From: a virus
Taxonomy: Duplodnaviria > Heunggongvirae > Uroviricota > Caudoviricetes
DNA: 40,715 nt
Strand: one strand, 5' to 3'
IMG/VR virus record: IMGVR_UViG_2851933302_000004
Shown: positions 1 through 8,351 of the stretch, piece by piece
Position numbering within the stretch: the stretch's first letter is position 1
Layout of the letters: every line of letters starts with the position of its first letter
Translations under genes and position numbers: made by a program
The notes under the pieces: generated by a model
Databases searched by the model: none
What the model saw: only the letters and a program-made list of their open reading frames with translations
Told to the model about the DNA's origin: nothing

Positions 1-516
1 ATGAAATTTAAAAAATGTCTTCTGCCTGTGGCAATGTTAGCGTCATTCACTCTGGCAGGATGCCAGTCAAATGCTGATGATCATGCCGCCGATGTTTATC
101 AAACCGATCAACTGAATACCAAACAAGAAACTAAAACCGTTAATATTATTTCCATTCTTCCCGCAAAAGTTGCCGTAGACAACGCCCAAAATAAACGGAA
201 CGCACAAGCCTTCGGCGCGCTTATTGGCGCTGTCGCTGGCGGTGTTATCGGCCACAACGTCGGGTCTGGCAGCAATTCCGGAACGACGGCAGGTGCAGTT
301 GGCGGCGGAGCTGTAGGCGCGGCAGCGGGTTCTATGGTGAATGATAAAACCTTAGTGGAAGGTGTTTCTTTAACATATAAGGAAGGCACCAAAGTGTATA
401 CCTCCACCCAGGTGGGTAAAGAGTGCCAGTTTACGACAGGTTTAGCCGTTGTTATTACCACGACGTATAACGAAACGCGTATTCAGCCAAATACCAAATG
501 TCCTGAAAAGAGCTAA
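1..516 (+). CDS. Putative lipoprotein with glycine-zipper domain (signal peptide plus lipobox LAGC, Gly/Ala-rich GxxxG segment); chromosomal flank or prophage-end cargo
   Basis: ORF 1..516; N-terminal MKFKKCLLPVAMLASFTLAGCQS lipoprotein signal; GALIGAVAGGVIGHNVG glycine-zipper motif resembling YcfJ/17-kDa-antigen-type outer membrane lipoproteins (recalled, not searched). Confidence 0.55.
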   Translation: MKFKKCLLPVAMLASFTLAGCQSNADDHAADVYQTDQLNTKQETKTVNIISILPAKVAVDNAQNKRNAQAFGALIGAVAGGVIGHNVGSGSNSGTTAGAVGGGAVGAAAGSMVNDKTLVEGVSLTYKEGTKVYTSTQVGKECQFTTGLAVVITTTYNETRIQPNTKCPEKS

Positions 517-531
517 TAATCAGGAGGAGTC

Positions 532-1071
532 ATGAAGAAAGTTTTTCTTTGCGCCATCTTAGCCTCCTTAAGCTATCCGGCTATCGCCTCATCATTGCAG
601 GATCAACTCTCGGCTGTCGCAGAAGCGGAACAGCAAGGTAAAAATGAAGAGCAAAGGCAGCATGACGAATGGGTCGCGGAGCGCAACAGGGAAATCCAGC
701 AAGAGAAGCAACGTCGCGCAAACGCCCAGGCCGCGGCTAATAAAAGAGCGGCAACGGCAGCAGCGAATAAGAAAGCTCGTCAGGATAAACTGGACGCCGA
801 AGCCACTGCGGACAAAAAACGCGATCAAAGTTATGAAGATGAGCTACGTAGCTTAGAGATTCAGAAACAAAAACTGGCGCTGGCGAAAGAAGAAGCCCGC
901 GTCAAGCGCGAAAACGAATTTATCGATCAGGAACTGAAGCACAAAGCTGCGCAAACCGATGTGGTGCAATCTGAAGCTGACGCAAACAGAAATATGACTG
1001 AAGGCGGTCGCGATCTGATGAAAAGCGTGGGTAAAGCAGAAGAGAATAAATCAGATAGCTGGTTTAACTAA
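532..1071 (+). CDS. Secreted coiled-coil protein, Lys/Glu/Gln/Ala-rich, function unknown
   Basis: ORF 532..1071 with AGGAGG RBS 6 nt upstream; predicted signal peptide MKKVFLCAILASLSYPAIASS; highly charged low-complexity body. Confidence 0.5.
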   Translation: MKKVFLCAILASLSYPAIASSLQDQLSAVAEAEQQGKNEEQRQHDEWVAERNREIQQEKQRRANAQAAANKRAATAAANKKARQDKLDAEATADKKRDQSYEDELRSLEIQKQKLALAKEEARVKRENEFIDQELKHKAAQTDVVQSEADANRNMTEGGRDLMKSVGKAEENKSDSWFN

Positions 1072-1109
1072 ACGATGTTAGTAACTTCAAACCTATAATT
1101 CTTTAGGAT

Positions 1110-1141
1110 AAAAAAACCCTCTGTAGTAACAGAGGGTTTTG
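1110..1141. terminator. Bidirectional rho-independent terminator between the left flank genes and the prophage lysis cassette
   Basis: A-run, stem CCCTCT / AGAGGG with 8-nt loop, followed by TTTTG. Confidence 0.6.
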
Positions 1142-1289
1142 TTCATTCATAGTGCAGGGTCAAATCATTCCCACTCAATTATTTACGACAACCATAACCA
1201 ATTGAGTGATAACATTTTTCCAAATCTCAATTTTTCCCGTACCGTTTTATATACCGTCACCGGAAATCAGTACCATGAAAAATGCCATG

Positions 1290-1772
1290 CTATCTGGTCA
1301 AAGTGTCGTACTGTTTTTCGCAGACTCTTCCGGCTTCGGCTGCCCGGTCAGCATACTCTGCCAGTTGTCTGTTTCTCTCGAGAGATTTGCTGAGCACGTC
1401 GGCAAGCAAAACTCCGGTGTCTGCGGCTGACGACCCAGCGCCGACAATGGCGTTATACTGCCTGAGCTGCTCACGGATGGCAAAGAGTTGTTGCTGCAAC
1501 CGGCCAGCGCTAGCGGCAGCATCAAGAGCATCATTGCGCGCCTGGTCGATCCTCTGCTGAGCTTCACGTTCATTGGTCACTTTCTCCTGTTCGTAGTACT
1601 GACGAACTTTGTCTTCTTCGGCTTTGCTGTCTTCTTCCGCCTGAGCATACCCGGCATCGTACTGGCGACTGCCGTGTATATTCCAGGCAACCACTCCTGA
1701 TATGACCAGAACAGCAAGCACTGCCACGATAAGAAACTGTTTCCAGTATGCTTTTACGAATGCCCAGATCAT
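1290..1772 (-). CDS. Rz-like inner-membrane spanin (i-spanin)
   Basis: 160 aa, N-terminal TM helix then coiled-coil periplasmic domain; last gene of lysis cassette; start overlaps endolysin stop (ATGA); contains embedded lipoprotein ORF in another frame. Confidence 0.75.
   Translation of the reverse strand: MIWAFVKAYWKQFLIVAVLAVLVISGVVAWNIHGSRQYDAGYAQAEEDSKAEEDKVRQYYEQEKVTNEREAQQRIDQARNDALDAAASAGRLQQQLFAIREQLRQYNAIVGAGSSAADTGVLLADVLSKSLERNRQLAEYADRAAEAGRVCEKQYDTLTR
1298..1534 (-). CDS. Rz1-like outer-membrane lipoprotein spanin (o-spanin) embedded in Rz in an alternate frame; start uncertain
   Basis: Embedded ORF with [14 protein letters not shown] lipobox and Pro-rich mature region, typical Rz/Rz1 nested architecture. 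Confidence 0.5.
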   Translation of the reverse strand: MMLLMLPLALAGCSNNSLPSVSSSGSITPLSALGRQPQTPEFCLPTCSANLSRETDNWQSMLTGQPKPEESAKNSTTL

Positions 1773-2398
1773 ACCGCCAGCACCTTACTGGCAGTGATGT
1801 ACCGCGCTCGCCGGTCGTCGATGCCGTTCCGGCCACCATTGATAATCAGAGTTACACGTGCAATATCGCCGGTATACTTCATGCATCCTTTGCTGGCGAA
1901 GAACCACGCCGCGCTACGAGCCGCATATTCGTCCTGCGCCAGCAGTTCAGGGCTCTCCAGCAGGTCAACCTTCAGACCGTTTCCGCAATCACGATAGTTA
2001 TTCAAACCGGTAATCTGGATAAGTCCGCGCCCTCGGTAATTCCAGCCATCACCAGGGGCATTGTTCCCCATGCGTTTGCTGTATACCAGATTTGCGATCG
2101 CGCGCTGGCGCTCAAGTGGCAATGGTGGTTCACCAGCACGGCGCCCCAGTGCATTAGCCTGCCCCTGAGTGAGACGCCCAGCCCGAACGAAGTTAGCCAG
2201 TCCGCTGACACTGTAGTTGAAATTCTCCTGCAACCTGGTGAAGCCCCCAGACTCATGCCCGACTTGAGCAATAAACATTGCCTGATCTTCTGCTTTGCTG
2301 ATACCAAACTCTTTCATCGCAGAAGTTATATGCGAGAACCAGCGTGCGGCCAGTGCCTCGCTGATACCAGCAGCTCGCTGGAATTGTTTAATCTCCAT
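1769..2398 (-). CDS. Endolysin, glycoside hydrolase family 19 (chitinase-like) type
   Basis: ORF 1769..2563 trimmed to internal ATG at 2398 with GAGG RBS; motifs [34 protein letters not shown] resemble GH19 phage endolysins (recalled). Confidence 0.8.
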   Translation of the reverse strand: MEIKQFQRAAGISEALAARWFSHITSAMKEFGISKAEDQAMFIAQVGHESGGFTRLQENFNYSVSGLANFVRAGRLTQGQANALGRRAGEPPLPLERQRAIANLVYSKRMGNNAPGDGWNYRGRGLIQITGLNNYRDCGNGLKVDLLESPELLAQDEYAARSAAWFFASKGCMKYTGDIARVTLIINGGRNGIDDRRARYITASKVLAV

Positions 2399-2696
2399 GT
2401 TTAGACCTCGATACTTTAAAAATTTGAACGACGTTACCGCGCGTTTTAATAACCGCAGCCAGCATGACAGCGTTGATAATGACCTCAGATAAATCCACAG
2501 CCATTGGCGTACGTAACCAGATTGCATAGGCGACTCGAACAGGAATACTGGCCGCAGCAACAATCAGGAAATAAGCAAGCCATCCTCCCCACCTTCGATG
2601 TTGAGAGCCGTTACGCCGGAATGTGACAACGCGAATTGCTATGCCAGTGCAAATAACTGCATTAGTGATAAGCAAAAAAAACTCATGCGTTACCAT
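2388..2696 (-). CDS. Small membrane protein, holin or antiholin-like, of lysis cassette
   Basis: 102 aa with 2-3 hydrophobic helices; overlaps both neighbours in the lysis operon. Confidence 0.5.
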   Translation of the reverse strand: MVTHEFFLLITNAVICTGIAIRVVTFRRNGSQHRRWGGWLAYFLIVAAASIPVRVAYAIWLRTPMAVDLSEVIINAVMLAAVIKTRGNVVQIFKVSRSKHGD

Positions 2697-3087
2697 CGTC
2701 TTTTCTCCCCGGAATTAACTCGCGTGGATTATCGGAACGGTGATAGAGCCATATACCAATACGCACAGCGACAATTGCTGACACGAATGCGCCTGCAGAG
2801 AAAACAATCCCTTTTTCAAAAGAGTCCTGCGTGATGGTAGGGATCAGGCTGGCTATGCCGATAAGAATTGATGCTGCTGGTTTGTAAAAGAGAAGGCCGC
2901 AAAGAAAGCTGAGCATCGACAGGAGCACCCGGCGACGGATGGGGTACTCTACTGCAGAGGTAACAAAAATTACCGCCCCAGCCAAAGCCCCTAAAGCAAC
3001 CTCCGGAGGGACACCTGCAATAACTGCAGCAAGAGAACCAAAACTAAGCAACTGATTTAATTGCTCACTTGTTACTTGAGCAGACAT
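2683..3087 (-). CDS. Holin-like multi-pass membrane protein, first gene of lysis cassette
   Basis: 134 aa, several TM segments, charged C-terminal tail; position immediately upstream of endolysin. Confidence 0.55.
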   Translation of the reverse strand: MSAQVTSEQLNQLLSFGSLAAVIAGVPPEVALGALAGAVIFVTSAVEYPIRRRVLLSMLSFLCGLLFYKPAASILIGIASLIPTITQDSFEKGIVFSAGAFVSAIVAVRIGIWLYHRSDNPRELIPGRKDDGNA

Positions 3088-3368
3088 ACTTTCTCCTGTT
3101 TACTATCTATAAGCCAGTCAATTATTGATGACTAAACCCGCATAGTAAACCATATATGAATCATTATTGTTCCATATCATATATCTCAATAAAAGTACTA
3201 ATGATTTTACAGAACGAGCCAGCAGAGTGGGGGCAGTTGTACAGGAACCATAGACTTAATTTTGTATTTAATAATGCTATGGTGTAATAAACCTGAACAT
3301 GTATTTAAAATACGTACTGATTCATGATAGAATTCAAAGATAACTTTTCACCAACTCCGTTTTTGATA

Positions 3369-3395
3369 CCCGCAATATTTTGCGGGCTTTTTTTT
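3369..3395 (+). terminator. Hairpin plus T8 tract overlapping the tailspike stop codon; efficient only in plus orientation
   Basis: CCCGCAA-TATT-TTGCGGG followed by TTTTTTTT. Confidence 0.4.
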
Positions 3396-6300
3396 AACGT
3401 TCTTCCAGAGACTGAACCCGCTCTTTTATCTTATCCATTTCTCTGCGCTGCCATGCTGCCTCGATATAGAATAAGAGATCAGGTCTGACCCCCCATCTAG
3501 ATCCTGCTGGCGTTATTTCAACGCGCTCAATGATGTCTTCTATTACCATCACTGGATTATCATCCTCATCAACAATGATGCTCCCGTCATTATCAGTCAG
3601 CGGCATTTCCCTTTGGCCAGTAATGACGTCATCATATACTGCGGGATAATCGTCATAGCAAAGAAAGGCATAGCGGCATGTTGTGCTTTCTTCTTCCATG
3701 AGTCCGTGAGAAATAAGAACATCACGAAGTTGCTGCGCGATTACACCATGATGTATCCTCGCCCCTTCTTCCCCCTTTATAGCGACAGCGTTCAGCCATT
3801 TATAAGCGATATACCTGACGTCACCCCAGGCATCCAGCAATGCTTCGTCAGGAGAGACCGGCTCTGTCTTTAATGTTCCGTCACTGGTAACCACAGGATT
3901 GGAGCCAAGATAAACTGTCGAGAACCTGTTTCCCGGACCACCAAGAGCATTTACATTATCAAGATAAGGTTTAACATCTCCGTTCTCAAAAAGATGTTCG
4001 AGTGCGTTATATACCGCGCGACGTGGAGTACTGCTTCCGGAACCATGCAACGTTATCATTGCACCATCTGCTGAAGACGTTGTTTCACCGCCGCTAACGA
4101 TTAATCTCTGAGCGGTAACATCATCAGACGGTACTTTCTTCGCAATAATGGCGTAATTACCCTCAAGTTTGACTTCCGCGCGAACTTGTCCTGATGTACC
4201 TGCATGGACAGTCAGTGACTGGACGGCAACATCATCTGTGAAATCAACGGGTACAGGAACCGTCCTCACGCCTGACGTCGACATAAAAGTAGGAAGCGTT
4301 CTGTTAGGAGTGGCTCCGTAGACAAAATCCCTTGAAACAAATTCTTCCTGTTTAATTTTCACCCTGAAACAATACAAATCAGCCGGGTGACCATCGTGAA
4401 CATAAGGATATTTTCTGTTGTTATCCCCTATGCTCCATGGGTTTAGAAAGTCTTCCCCACCGAAAATGTAGTACAGCCAGTTGTCTTTGATACAAACTGA
4501 ACCAACACCAACCGCAGAGTTAACTATTCCGCCCTGATAAATCTGATCAGTAACATTAACCCACTCTACATTATCCAGACTCCACTCATTGACGTTAACT
4601 CTGGTCATAAATGTTCTTGGATAATTTCCTGCATAACGGTTATCAGGTTCTCCTCCTTCCCACTCACCAAATGCGCGCTCACTGCCAAAAATAATCAGCT
4701 CATCGCCAACTTTGGCAAAAGGAAGGTTTGAGTGATGAACATTATTTGGGAAGCGAAGAGAATTCCATGATGTACCTAAATCAGAGCTTCTGTGCAATGA
4801 ACTACCGGGTTGAGTACTTAATGTCCCCCTGGTCGTCAGATACAGAATGCCATCATAATATTTTACACATGGCTCAGATGCATTCGCCTCATATTCTGCA
4901 GGTATGCGTCTGCGAACAAAGCTACCAGGAGAACCGAAAGCATCAGAGAAATAGAGTATCCCAAGCTCGCGTGGACCAATATCACCATTATGGTAGCCAA
5001 CAGCAAAACTGTTATCGCTAATCGTCGCAAAACTGTGAATCTCAGTAACAGGAGTGCTTCCGTCAACAAAAGAAGGAATAGTTCCAAGACTGGTTTTTCT
5101 CCATGGTGACGAGTGAAATGATGTACCAAAACTCCAGTATCTACCCTCGTTATTCTGATCCACATCCTGGGTATTTTGCGTCGTAACTGTAAAAGTATTT
5201 TTATCAATAACAGTAGTCACCGTCATATTCCCGGTAACACCTGTAACACCAGAGTTTGAGAAGTTGACAAAATCACCAGCAAATAATCCGTGATCAGTAA
5301 TGCGAATATAAGCGACTTGCTGATTTGCTGCTTTCGTTATACCACCATAAACGCGAAGGCTGCGACTCATTGGGCGATCCCACAACTCTGCAACCTGCAG
5401 TTTATTTCCGCTCACGGTCCGCGTCTCAATTACAGCAAAAAGGCGATTTCTGACAACCCCCATACTCATGCAGTGATAGTTAACTGTGGGATAGTTTTCA
5501 TGTAAATCTGTAAGCCATTCCGGCGTTGTCCAGGTCTTCCCGTCATCTCCTGAGCGAACCCATGCAACATGGAGGTTATTTACACCATGGCGGTCTCCAG
5601 CCATAAAAGGCGCATAGATGACATTGTCATATACAAACGTTTTATCCTGCGTCCAGGCGTTGTACCACGGTGTATCTGTAATTTTAAATAACTCTCCCTG
5701 GATAAAATCTTCAGAAGCATAAAAAAGAGGCTGGCCCGGTATTCTCTCAAATAAAAAACGAGCATTTTTAAATCGACTGACATCCGGAAGAGTTGATACT
5801 TTAAAAGTAAGCCCTAATCCGTCAATTTTATAACCTGGAGATGAGGCTTCAAGGCACGCGCTTATTGCAGTGGAATCGTCATTTATACCATCACCAACAG
5901 CTCCAAAATCTTTGGGGCTAATAGCATCACGCATTTTATCCTGGAACGTTCGGTACACAGCCCCAGAACCATACTGAATAAACCAACCAAAACCACCAAC
6001 AACCCCGGAGATTGCAGCATCGACATAATTACGCATTGAGCGATTATTTACAGCGTCCTGCTCAAATGATGGATCTGCAAGGTTAGAAATTTTGTTTTGC
6101 TTTGCATCGTAATATTTTGCAAGCAAAGATGGTTTCATCAATGCACGTCTGAACCACCCAAAACATTGCTGGATCAGCATCGTCAGGTAGTCAAAGGCAT
6201 CTTCATGCACTTCGGGGAAAAATTTTCCCTGATTGCGAAGGTCTGTCTCCTGCACTACATCAAGCACACGATCTATCGTAATTCGCCATCCAGTAGCAAG

Positions 6301-6513
6301 CGGAGACGGAAGAACCACAGAACCGCCACTATAAGTGCCCGCCCCAGTTACCGTATAACCGGTATCCAGAACCAATTCTGTTACGTTTCCGTTCAGGTCA
6401 GACACCTGAACAACCAGGTCTGATTTTCTGAAAACTCGAAAAGTATACGGAAACGATGTCGTAACGCCGTTACCGGTGTATTCGTTGTGGTCAACTTCGG
6501 TTGAGACCGTCAT
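3394..6513 (-). CDS. Tailspike with endo-N-acetylneuraminidase (endosialidase, K1 polysialic acid depolymerase) domain and C-terminal intramolecular chaperone (autoproteolytic) domain
   Basis: 1039 aa; central region (ERIPGQPLFYASEDF..ITDTPWYNAW..NYHCMSMGV..SGDDGKTW) closely parallels recalled endosialidase catalytic domains of K1 phages; C-terminal S-D-G-x-L-K segment typical of S74 chaperone domains; distinct N-terminal particle-binding domain. Confidence 0.85.
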   Translation of the reverse strand: MTVSTEVDHNEYTGNGVTTSFPYTFRVFRKSDLVVQVSDLNGNVTELVLDTGYTVTGAGTYSGGSVVLPSPLATGWRITIDRVLDVVQETDLRNQGKFFPEVHEDAFDYLTMLIQQCFGWFRRALMKPSLLAKYYDAKQNKISNLADPSFEQDAVNNRSMRNYVDAAISGVVGGFGWFIQYGSGAVYRTFQDKMRDAISPKDFGAVGDGINDDSTAISACLEASSPGYKIDGLGLTFKVSTLPDVSRFKNARFLFERIPGQPLFYASEDFIQGELFKITDTPWYNAWTQDKTFVYDNVIYAPFMAGDRHGVNNLHVAWVRSGDDGKTWTTPEWLTDLHENYPTVNYHCMSMGVVRNRLFAVIETRTVSGNKLQVAELWDRPMSRSLRVYGGITKAANQQVAYIRITDHGLFAGDFVNFSNSGVTGVTGNMTVTTVIDKNTFTVTTQNTQDVDQNNEGRYWSFGTSFHSSPWRKTSLGTIPSFVDGSTPVTEIHSFATISDNSFAVGYHNGDIGPRELGILYFSDAFGSPGSFVRRRIPAEYEANASEPCVKYYDGILYLTTRGTLSTQPGSSLHRSSDLGTSWNSLRFPNNVHHSNLPFAKVGDELIIFGSERAFGEWEGGEPDNRYAGNYPRTFMTRVNVNEWSLDNVEWVNVTDQIYQGGIVNSAVGVGSVCIKDNWLYYIFGGEDFLNPWSIGDNNRKYPYVHDGHPADLYCFRVKIKQEEFVSRDFVYGATPNRTLPTFMSTSGVRTVPVPVDFTDDVAVQSLTVHAGTSGQVRAEVKLEGNYAIIAKKVPSDDVTAQRLIVSGGETTSSADGAMITLHGSGSSTPRRAVYNALEHLFENGDVKPYLDNVNALGGPGNRFSTVYLGSNPVVTSDGTLKTEPVSPDEALLDAWGDVRYIAYKWLNAVAIKGEEGARIHHGVIAQQLRDVLISHGLMEEESTTCRYAFLCYDDYPAVYDDVITGQREMPLTDNDGSIIVDEDDNPVMVIEDIIERVEITPAGSRWGVRPDLLFYIEAAWQRREMDKIKERVQSLEER

Positions 6514-6617
6514 GTTAAATCTCCAGATAGTCGCAGCACCCGTTGCGCCGCATATCTGGTTATTCTATTACCTGGAAAACCACATATGGATAGAAAGGCT
6601 GTAAATACGAATAGATA

Positions 6618-6632
6618 TTACCTTTCAGGTAA
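6618..6632. promoter_or_regulatory. Operator-like palindrome TTACC-N5-GGTAA (copy 1) in the divergent region between tailspike and the LexA-box gene
   Basis: ATTACCTTTCAGGTAAT perfect inverted repeat; same motif recurs at 11 other positions. Confidence 0.5.
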
Positions 6633-6669
6633 TTTGCAAAACGTGCTGGATAGCAAACAAATTATTTGC

Positions 6670-6689
6670 TACTGTATAAATATACAGTT
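6670..6689 (+). promoter_or_regulatory. LexA (SOS) box 20 bp upstream of a small antirepressor-like gene
   Basis: TACTGTATAAATATACAGTT, CTGT-N8-ACAG with AT-rich spacer, matches about 18 of 20 positions of the E. coli LexA consensus. Confidence 0.7.
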
Positions 6690-6708
6690 ATTGCATGGAG
6701 AAGATAAG

Positions 6709-6966
6709 ATGCAGCAGTATCACTATCCACTGGAAGACGGATTTACCGAAAGGATTCACACGCCGGGAGGCGTCAGGTCACTGGTGGAGGGATCGCACTT
6801 GATGAAATTACTCCGGGATCTCGATAAGGATGGATTTAATGTCGATGGCCCACTTGCCGAACTGACTGCACTGATTAACTACGTCACCAGCTCACAGATG
6901 TCTATGCAGGATCTGCAAACACATCTCGACTATTGTGCCGAACAATTACGAAAACAAACCCGGTAA
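6709..6966 (+). CDS. Small SOS-regulated protein, candidate antirepressor; shares a domain with the C-terminus of the Bro-N protein at 8352..9047
   Basis: ORF 6586..6966 trimmed to ATG 6709 (GGAGAAG RBS); LexA box immediately upstream; about 50 percent identity to the C-terminal 75 aa of the 231-aa Bro-N protein (LMKLLRDLDKDGFNVDGPLAELT vs LMNLLNQLQEDGHDVSGAAAELT). Confidence 0.5.
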   Translation: MQQYHYPLEDGFTERIHTPGGVRSLVEGSHLMKLLRDLDKDGFNVDGPLAELTALINYVTSSQMSMQDLQTHLDYCAEQLRKQTR

Positions 6967-6973
6967 ATTTAAA

Positions 6974-6989
6974 GGCCGCAAGAGCGGCC
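6974..6989. terminator. Hairpin between convergent genes (GGCCGC-AAGA-GCGGCC), likely terminator for the minus-strand two-gene module
   Basis: Perfect 6-bp stem between stop codons at 6966 and 6991; T-rich on minus-strand side. Confidence 0.4.
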
Positions 6990-6990
6990 A

Positions 6991-7497
6991 TTAACAGTCG
7001 TAAAATTCCGGGTCCCACAAACTTGCATCGCGCGGCATGGATTCTAAATTTTTCAGCCGCAAAATTCTGTCACACTCGACAAGAAGTTTTTGTTTTTGTT
7101 CGTCAATTTCTACTTTTTTGTGTGCTGGCTCATCCCAGTAATCCAGAAGAAACGCATGTCGCTCAGACGTTACAAGATAAATCACATACACATCACTGGT
7201 TGGTATTTTTTTATGCTTGTTGGTGGTCTTGTCTTTCTTCCCGGATGCCCAGTTTTTCCAGCATTGTTCCGTACCGCTCTCACCAAACTTGTCAGTATAG
7301 TTTCCGATGTTTACGTGAACGTGGCGTATGTGATATTCCAGCATCTCTTTCGGTGGATCCCGAAACAGAGTGTCCTTTCCGAAATCCTTATGATGACCGT
7401 AGCGCCAGTGATCTATGAACGCGTTTTTGATAGGTATTAGCTCAGGGTCCTTCCCAAAAATTCCAGGGTGAACCAACCCCTGGAATTTATTCAGCAT
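6991..7497 (-). CDS. YafO-like toxin domain protein (candidate type II toxin or abortive-infection effector), AT-rich cargo
   Basis: ORF trimmed to ATG 7497; motifs FGKDTLFRD and HIRHVHVNIGN resemble the YafO family core (recalled); overlaps upstream gene by 11 bp. Confidence 0.4.
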   Translation of the reverse strand: MLNKFQGLVHPGIFGKDPELIPIKNAFIDHWRYGHHKDFGKDTLFRDPPKEMLEYHIRHVHVNIGNYTDKFGESGTEQCWKNWASGKKDKTTNKHKKIPTSDVYVIYLVTSERHAFLLDYWDEPAHKKVEIDEQKQKLLVECDRILRLKNLESMPRDASLWDPEFYDC

Positions 7498-7906
7498 CGT
7501 CGTAGAGCTCCTGAGCCATATCTTCGGCAGTGCGTGCAAACATCCTGCGCGAGATTGCATGAGATTTCTCGACGGACATCTTTGGGACCTCATGCATAAC
7601 ATTTTTGGGAGTTGTGTAATAGCCTATTACAATTTTCACACCTGACTTATGATTAATATCAGCATAATATACTTCTTGTTCAGACGTTTCACGACGAACA
7701 TAATCTGCCAGTTTTCCACATTTAAATTCCCCTCCCTGATGTTTTAAAATCTCCTCAACTGCACTATTTTCAGTGAAATACCGAATAAGAAATTTCTGTC
7801 CAGACTCTTCAGCATGAGGTATAACAGTATTATTGGAAGCCCGAACAATGGCCTTACTCAATATTTCATGGTCTTTATTTTTTTCTGATTTCCTCAAATG
7901 CTGCAT
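7487..7906 (-). CDS. Hypothetical protein with acidic C-terminal tail, upstream partner of the YafO-like gene (candidate antitoxin)
   Basis: ORF trimmed to ATG 7906; AT-rich; stop overlaps start of downstream gene. Confidence 0.4.
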   Translation of the reverse strand: MQHLRKSEKNKDHEILSKAIVRASNNTVIPHAEESGQKFLIRYFTENSAVEEILKHQGGEFKCGKLADYVRRETSEQEVYYADINHKSGVKIVIGYYTTPKNVMHEVPKMSVEKSHAISRRMFARTAEDMAQELYDDAE

Positions 7907-8067
7907 TACTGTAGCTCTCTTCGTGTTCACGGGCACCCCCAACTACCTCTAGGGTAAACATTCTATCGAAAGTATACGCATACTGGCAAAAAAATAGGCA
8001 GGTATTTTCTGAAATGGGATCAATCAAACCACATAGGGTTGAAATAACGTGAGTTATGCATTTATTA

Positions 8068-8082
8068 TTACCTTTGCGGTAA
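8068..8082. promoter_or_regulatory. Operator-like palindrome TTACC-N5-GGTAA (copy 2) about 270 bp upstream of the Bro-N gene
   Basis: TTACCTTTGCGGTAA; preceded by AACCACATAGG motif at 8027..8037. Confidence 0.45.
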
Positions 8083-8174
8083 ATTTACATCGCACTCCTC
8101 TTGTGCCATAGTAATCGGGCACTGGAAAAATCCAGTGCCGGGATTGGCGTCCCGGATTACTAAAAGGCGCATTC

Positions 8175-8196
8175 ACCGCGCAAGCGGTTTTTTTAT
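8175..8196 (+). terminator. Intrinsic terminator inside the 5-prime leader of the Bro-N gene (attenuator or end of a small RNA)
   Basis: ACCGC-GCAA-GCGGT hairpin followed by TTTTTTT. Confidence 0.5.
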
Positions 8197-8351
8197 GCGT
8201 ATAGCACGGCCACATTCGTATTATGGTGGGCTGTGTGGGGGCACCGAAAGGTGCGCCGGGTCCTTTTAGCCGGTTACGCCAACCCTGCACAGTTCACCAC
8301 CAACCGATTGGCGTCGGTAGTGGTGATTAACCAGACTAAAAGGTAACCACT

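Noticed and set aside
1748-2404. 218-aa plus-strand ORF
   Set aside because: Antisense to the endolysin gene, which has recognisable motifs on the minus strand.
1769-2563. Long form of endolysin (264 aa)
   Set aside because: Extension overlaps the upstream holin-like gene and lacks an RBS; internal ATG at 2398 with GAGG RBS preferred.
3088-3393. Search for a neuO-like acetyltransferase with heptanucleotide repeats next to the endosialidase gene
   Set aside because: No tandem AAGACTC-type repeats or hexapeptide-repeat ORF found anywhere; region is a 300-bp AT-rich intergenic spacer.
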